64,000 nt of DNA from the human T2T-CHM13v2.0 reference genome, Homo sapiens: the NCBI RefSeq assembly GCF_009914755.1, contig NC_060929.1; one strand, 5' to 3'. The notes under the pieces were generated by a model. It worked only from the letters and a program-made list of their open reading frames with translations, ran no database searches and had not been told where the DNA came from. Each line of letters starts with the position of its first letter. Positions within the stretch are counted from its first letter, which is position 1. Both the position numbers and the translations under genes were made by a program. This document shows, piece by piece, positions 57,632-64,000 of the stretch.

Positions 57632-59827
57632 TCCTCTTCCAGTTTTTAACAACTGCTCTCTGCAGGTAAAGACCTTCTGCTGTAATCCTGGATGAATGGG
57701 ATTTCCTCTAGGATTGTGTCAGGCTTCTCTATTTCTTCAATTGCAAACTAGAGGAGCAGCTATATAGTTTCAAATTTGTTTTAATCTTTATCACTCATGG
57801 TTAATTATTCTTCAGTAAACCATTTCAACCACCTCAAAGTTTACATGAGATGTAATAGTTATCATTTATTATAATTTTATGATTTTAAAATGTCAAATAA
57901 GAAAGAAAAAAGAAAAATAGATCACTTTTTTAACAAAAACTAGCCTTCATTCACCCAAGTTAAAGTCTGAAAATAGCCTGTTTTAGGAAGTCATGTTTTC
58001 CTTTCAGTGTACTTACTCTTCTCATGCATAGTTTTTGTTGGTTGGTTTGTTTCAGTTGGAATGGTACTTAAAGGTTTATAAGAGTAAGTATTACCTACAT
58101 ACTATTAGTTTTAGCATCATATAACTATCACTCTAGTGAATTAGTGAGAGTTACAGGAGGTTGTCAATATACATTTATGCATTTACTTTAACTTTGCTGA
58201 GGTTTAAAGGTAATTTCTGCATATTTTACATAAGACGCAATCCAAATCAATGTCTTATTCTCTGAACTGTTAGATGTATACTAAATTCACACATCTTTTT
58301 GGAAACAAATGAATACAAATTAAGGCCTGGGGGCACTTCTAGCTCCCATGTTATATAAAGAAAGCATTTCTATGTTAATTCTAGTTTTTCCTATGCTGTC
58401 CTAGGCTATTTAACCCAGAAAGGATCAGAGTATCCCATTCCACAAAGTTTCCTCAATCAAGATACATGAGCCCCTGAAATAGCTGATTATTTAATCCTAT
58501 TTTGCAAATATTATGGAAGATTACTTATAAAGCACATTTATCTTAGAAATAAAAACCTAGGTAGATCTGGCAATATTTTAGTAGGCAATGGATGTGTGAA
58601 TACAATGCTTTTTACCCCCATTTTTGAAGTAGGAAATAAGATGTATAGAGTTGTTATGGCTTATTTTCCTGAAGACTGTGTTTTTGCATTCTTGAAATTT
58701 TGTTCAAGATCGTAGTACAAGATACCGCACTTTACTGGTATCTAACTTTATGCCCATACTTTCTATAAAAACATAAACTGTTAAAATGCCTTTTTATTCT
58801 GAGCCTTCTAATAATCTTCTCTTTCTGCTCTTTTCATAACGTTTACAGTGATTAGAAGAGGTGGAAACTGTCAGATTTTCAAACCTGATCAGGGCAAATT
58901 CCAAGTTGCAAGGGACTAATATAGTCCTATATGTTTTTCTACTTTAAGTATTTTTCTAAAAGCAACTGTCCTTATCTACACATGTCACATAAATGACACA
59001 AATAATTTTTGTACTAAAATAAGAAGAAAAAATACATAGTTCACAATATAAGAATTGTACATATTCAATGAAAAAATCATTTAAGCAAATATCCACCTTG
59101 GTGAAAAGCTGTGAAAATCTGTGTTGGAATATTGTTCTTTGCAGTGATGCCTGAAAACTGATAATGCATTAATGTCCGAAGAAATAATGCTTTATAAGAA
59201 TATACAACCTTGCACCATGTTCATATGTCTAGTGTGCCATTTTAAGCTTGCTTGTATTAAGCTACAGGTACAGAGGTGCTGTAAAATGAAAAGGGGGCAG
59301 CTGCTTTACTGCCAAGGTGTCACAGTGTGAGGCAGTGTCTCTATCAGTGCTCTATCAGCACAGAAAACAGTGCTGCAATGAAATAAGCTCAAATGGGCAA
59401 AACCTGAACATCTGGCAAACTCAGCTTCATCAGTTGTTTTCACATAGCCGATCTTACTTTATCTTCTCACTTATGAATCCCTGACCAGATTTTCAATTTT
59501 ATTTATTTATTTCTTCACTTTTAACATTCTGGATATCCACTTTGAGGTATCTTACCTATCTAAATGCTATTGTTAATTGCTACATAGCAAAATTTGAAGA
59601 CAACATAGAAAGAACCTAATGTAATATTATACCAGAACGCGAAATAAACTTTGTTTCAAGTAGCATAAGTGAGTGTATATATAAGTATATGCACATATAT
59701 GTATATTACAACATATGTAAAAAATATATATGATATATATCACATTATATATAATAGAGTATAAACATTATGTATTTCACTACATATAATATGTAGTTTA
59801 TTATATAAATAGTTTAATCTATGTATA

Positions 59828-59858
<31 letters not shown>

Positions 59859-60127
59859 GAGACGGAGTCTTGCTCTGTCACCCAGGCTGTGATCTCGGCT
59901 CACTGCAAGCTCTGCCTCCTAGGTTCATGCCATTCTGCTGCCTCTGCCTCCTGAGTAGCTGGGACCACAGGAGGCCGCCAGCACACCCGGCTAATTTTTT
60001 TGTATTTTTAGTAGAGACGGGGTTTCACCGTATTAGCCAGGATGGTCTCGATCTCCTGACCTCGTGATCCGCCCACCTCGGCCTCCCAAAGTACTGGAAT
60101 TACAGGCGTGAGCCACCGCACCCAGCC
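59828..60127 (-). mobile_element. AluY SINE with a ~13-bp internal deletion and a 57-bp flanking duplication
   Basis: Y diagnostics 'gcaagctctgcc' and 'ttagccaggatggtctcgatctcctgacctcgtg'. Flanks 59771-59827 and 60128-60184 match at 55/57. Confidence 0.96.
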
Positions 60128-60486
60128 TGTATTTCACTATATATAATATGTAGTTTATTATATAAATAGTTAAATCTATGTATACATAATATAGTACTAT
60201 CGACTATCAAGGATGTTCTATCAAACCAATTTTGCAAACCATTTTGTACCAAACATCTCTCTGAATACATGGTATTGTCTTCATGTGGTACCCTTAGAGA
60301 TGACTTTTATTACCTTTTCAATTGGGTTTATTCGAAACCATCTTGCTATGTTAATATATTTTAAATAATGTAGGGAATAGCAAGTGATCTAACCAAAATG
60401 ACAACTGACTTCCAGAAGGACAATTTTCCCATTACGACATGGTAGAAAATGTCTAACCTTAGAATACCTCTAAAATATCAGAATCA

Positions 60487-60488
<2 letters not shown>

Positions 60489-60545
<57 letters not shown>
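60489..60545. repeat. Compound (AC)n(AG)n microsatellite
   Basis: Direct reading. Confidence 0.97.
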
Positions 60546-60550
<5 letters not shown>

Positions 60551-61494
60551 CCATATAATTTTAGAAACAGTATCAAGATTGTGAGGAGAACAAAAGCAAG
60601 GCTCTAAATGCACGTAAACACTTATTACTTATCATTTTAAAAGCCTGTATTTATGTTCTACATTTCAGAAATCACTGTGTTCGCTTCAAAAAATACAACG
60701 AATAATGTTTTGTTCTTGCACTCAAATAACACTTATTCTGGTGGGAAAAAGTTAACATTAAAAATACAATTCAATTTCAAAAGCAATGTAGAAAAGGAGC
60801 AGAGAGAATGAGTTTACTAACTCTAACGGAGTCAAGGAAAATTTTACAGAAGGGTTAAACTTGTGCTGAGAGGGTGAAAGAGGATTTGAAGGTCACCATT
60901 AAGAAAAAAACAGAAAAGGTAATCCCAGATAAGCACATGAAGGTTTGAAAGAGCAAGGCTTGAATAGTTAAACCCTGGTAGCTTACATGACTAATCCAGA
61001 TAATAGATGGGGGAAGTTAGAGAAGATTGTTAAAGCCTCCAGTAGCTATGAATCACAGTAGTGCTGCTGGGCATCTTTGTTAATAACTCTAAAGTTTATA
61101 TATGAAAACTTTGGCTTTATATTGTTTTATTCTGTATTCTTTAACATGGCTTTCAGTTAGATACCCTTTAGTAAGTAAAGAAATACTCCTTTATTCTTAT
61201 ATTGTCTACTTTTATTTAGAAATTACATCTAATCCTTCTTGGGCATCTATCATGATGATATTAAATTTCTCCTCTCTACTCTTATTGAAAATTACATTAA
61301 TAGAGATGTAAAGATTGTTTAGATAATTATTACTTTCTTGAAATAAATACATTAATTCACTATTTATGATTTCAAAATGTGTATTACACATGCAACTATT
61401 TATTATTTATGACTTTTCATCAATGTTCATAAAGTAAAGCTGACATAAGCTTTTTATTTTTCTACCTAATTTTGTCTAATCTTGGAAAACAAGG

Positions 61495-61685
61495 GGAGAA
61501 GCCAACTTGGAAGTGGATCCTCCATCCCCAAGTTATCGAGCAGGTACCATGTGGATCAGGAAAGAAGCTCCCATACAAATCCTTTCCAACTTCCTGACTT
61601 ACAAAAACATAGATAAAATAAAATGGTTATTTAAACCCATTACATCTTGGGATGGCTTGTTATATAACAATAAGTAACTGAACAC
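61495..61685 (+). mobile_element. MLT1F-H-like LTR 3' part
   Basis: 'cttggaagtggatcctcca.cccca' through 'ttgttatataacaataagtaactgaaca'. Confidence 0.7.
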
Positions 61686-62520
61686 CAATTCACTTATATA
61701 AAGCTTTATGTTCCTAACAAATAAAACAGAGACTTATCTAAGCTATGCATGGTCCCTTAGTACCGATTTGTAACCCATACTGCAATGCTGCTGCCATGTA
61801 AAATCATCTGGTTCTATTGTTGCTTGGGAGTAAGAGAATTTTACAAGCTTTTAAATTTGTTCTATTATTAGTAGTATATTCTCTTTCCAACTGTATTCAA
61901 AGGCAACATTACTGAAATATAAACTCATCATTTTCAGTTGGATTTTCAAATTAATTGATGGAAAATGTTATATTGAGAAAACAAATTGAAGTACAAAGTA
62001 CTTACAACTTGTTCTCTCTTTTCCTTAACTTTTATCCCCAAATAAGAATTTTCTTTGTTTTTGCTGCTGGGTCACAAGACATTTGTTCGTTTCATTTTTG
62101 TTGCATGAGGTAAAGGGAACTTATGTAGTTCTGAGGAAGCAAAAATAAATGAATAGATAAAATAATATATGGCATACTATCTGTCTATCATCTATCTATC
62201 TCTAGATGTGTACAGATACACATTTGTCAAAAATGGCTAGGTATATCACAAAGTAAATAACTGATATAAACATTATAAAACCTTAAAAATGCATATTTCA
62301 CTATAAGTACACACGTAAATATATGTAAAAGAGGAATATCATTAAAGATAAAAAGAGTAACATATACACAAACAAAAAATTCATCAAGACAAAGCAATCA
62401 CAAACGTATATTTCCAATAATATCTCAAAATTGTAAAGTAAAAACAGACCAAAAATAGAGGAAAAAATGTGTCGGACTTTAACCTATCTCTCTAAGAAAT
62501 GGGTATAGAAAGCGGAAATT

Positions 62521-62923
62521 CTGGACATTAGCTCTTTGTCAGATGGATAGATTGCAAAAAATTTTCTCCCATTCTGGAGGTTGCCTGTTCACTCTGATGA
62601 TAGTTTCTTTTGCTGTGCAGACCATCATTCTCAGCAAACTATCACAAGATCAAAAAGCCAAACACCACATGTTCTCACTCATAAGTGGGAGTTGAACAAT
62701 GAAAACACATGGACACAGGGAGGAGAACATCTCATACCAGGGCCTGTCAGGGCAGGGTTGCGGGGGGTAGGGGGGGGCTAGGGGAGGGATATCTTTAGGA
62801 GAAATACCTAATGTAGGTGACAGGTTGATGGGTGCAGCAAACCACCATGGCACATGTATACCTATGTAACAAAATTGCATGTTCTGCACATGTAACCCAG
62901 AACATAAAATATAATTAAAAAAA
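62521..62923 (+). mobile_element. Short twin-primed L1PA7/8-like insertion (inverted 62521-62620, forward 62621-62923)
   Basis: 100 bp of antisense ORF2, then a sense 3' UTR. TSD agaaagcggaaatt (62507-62520) vs agaaagtggaaatt (62924-62937). Confidence 0.93.
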
Positions 62924-63024
62924 AGAAAGTGGAAATTGTATGGGTATAAAATATTTGATAAAAAGGTAATGGATATTTATTGAATCATAGCTCTGATAAA
63001 TAATATATATGCAAACACACACAT

Positions 63025-63183
63025 ATATTTCTCAACTTGGGAGATTTGTCTCCAGGGATATTTGGCAATGGCTGGAGATGGACATTTGGACATTTGGCGA
63101 CGCTGCTAACGTCCAACAATGCGTAGGACAACAAAGAATTATCTAGATCAAAATGTTCATAGTGCCTCTCTAGAGAACCTTTG
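63025..63183. mobile_element. MER20-like hAT MITE
   Basis: 'ttctcaac..ggagatttgtctccagggatatttggcaatg.ctggaga' and 'acaaagaattatct..caaaatgt..atagtgcc..gagaacc'. Confidence 0.75.
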
Positions 63184-64000
63184 ATAGTTATTATATGTAA
63201 ATGTATATACACACATAAATGTATATTTCTATAGCTCTATATACATATTAGTATCTATATATACTATTCATATATCAATTAAAGAGACAATGTGACATTT
63301 GTTTCAGGTCTAGTATTAAAACAGATTTAACAAATTAAGTCTCCTTGTTCCTTGCTCTGCTAGGCAAATAGATCACAATATTTTTTCAAAAACCCTCTAA
63401 GTTGCTGTTATATATACATAAATTCAATATAATATTTGAGAGGGAAATTCCATATTTTACTGCATGGTATTTTTTTATTATGTAAGTTACCGTATTCCTT
63501 CAATCATTTTGTTTTTAGATTAAGTAGATATTTTGTATATTGTGACTATGGTGAATACATAATATTTTCTGCCCCAAAATACACAACTTTGAATGAATTG
63601 GTTTCCAACTTAACCCAAGATAGGTCGGTTTCTCTTTGGAGGTAAAATTAAAAGATTCCAGAGCATTTGGAAGCCACGTGTCCTAGGTCATAAAGGTGTC
63701 AGATGCCATCTTGGGCCCTGTCCTATTTTGCACTGCTAGCGTGAGCGATTATTACTAAATATAATACATCCTTCCAGTATTTTGAAAAAGAGAAAAGGTT
63801 AATACACACAGGATTATATAGTTTAAATGCTTATTAATGGGTGTTGGACACTACATATTAACTTACTCAAAACAAGCCAAAAAAAAATTCATTAGTTCTC
63901 AGAATCAAAACACACACACAAAAGCAGGGCGGAGTTCCTCCAGGGATTGGAAAGCTGTCAGGACTCTAGGCCTCTCACCCTTACTCACATCTGCATGTAT

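Noticed and set aside
63920-63960. GC box (gggcggag) plus reverse CCAAT as a promoter
   Set aside because: Isolated short motifs, no CpG island, and the window ends before any downstream gene could be seen.

Overview
This is AT-rich primate (probably human or great ape) intergenic or deep-intronic DNA, made up mostly of interspersed repeats: L1MA/L1PA/L1MC/L1ME LINEs, about 15 Alus (J, S and Y types), MaLR/ERV solo LTRs, Tigger/MER DNA transposons, L2 and MIR. I can support no host protein-coding exon or RNA gene. The recognisable ORFs in the track are L1 ORF2 remnants or Alu/L1 read-through. I see no new biological system. The informative structures are records of past rearrangement: (1) a twin-primed L1PA4-like insertion carrying an apparent ~1.4 kb 3' transduction, bounded by a perfect 18-bp TSD, with its empty site preserved nearby as an inverted copy; (2) a complex templated-copy rearrangement across 29.2-34.5 kb; (3) an AluY with a 57-bp target duplication; (4) a young 75-bp hairpin-containing tandem array; (5) a ~7.9 kb full-length old L1MA with a surviving TSD. 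Subfamily calls come from recalled consensus features and need RepeatMasker/Dfam confirmation.
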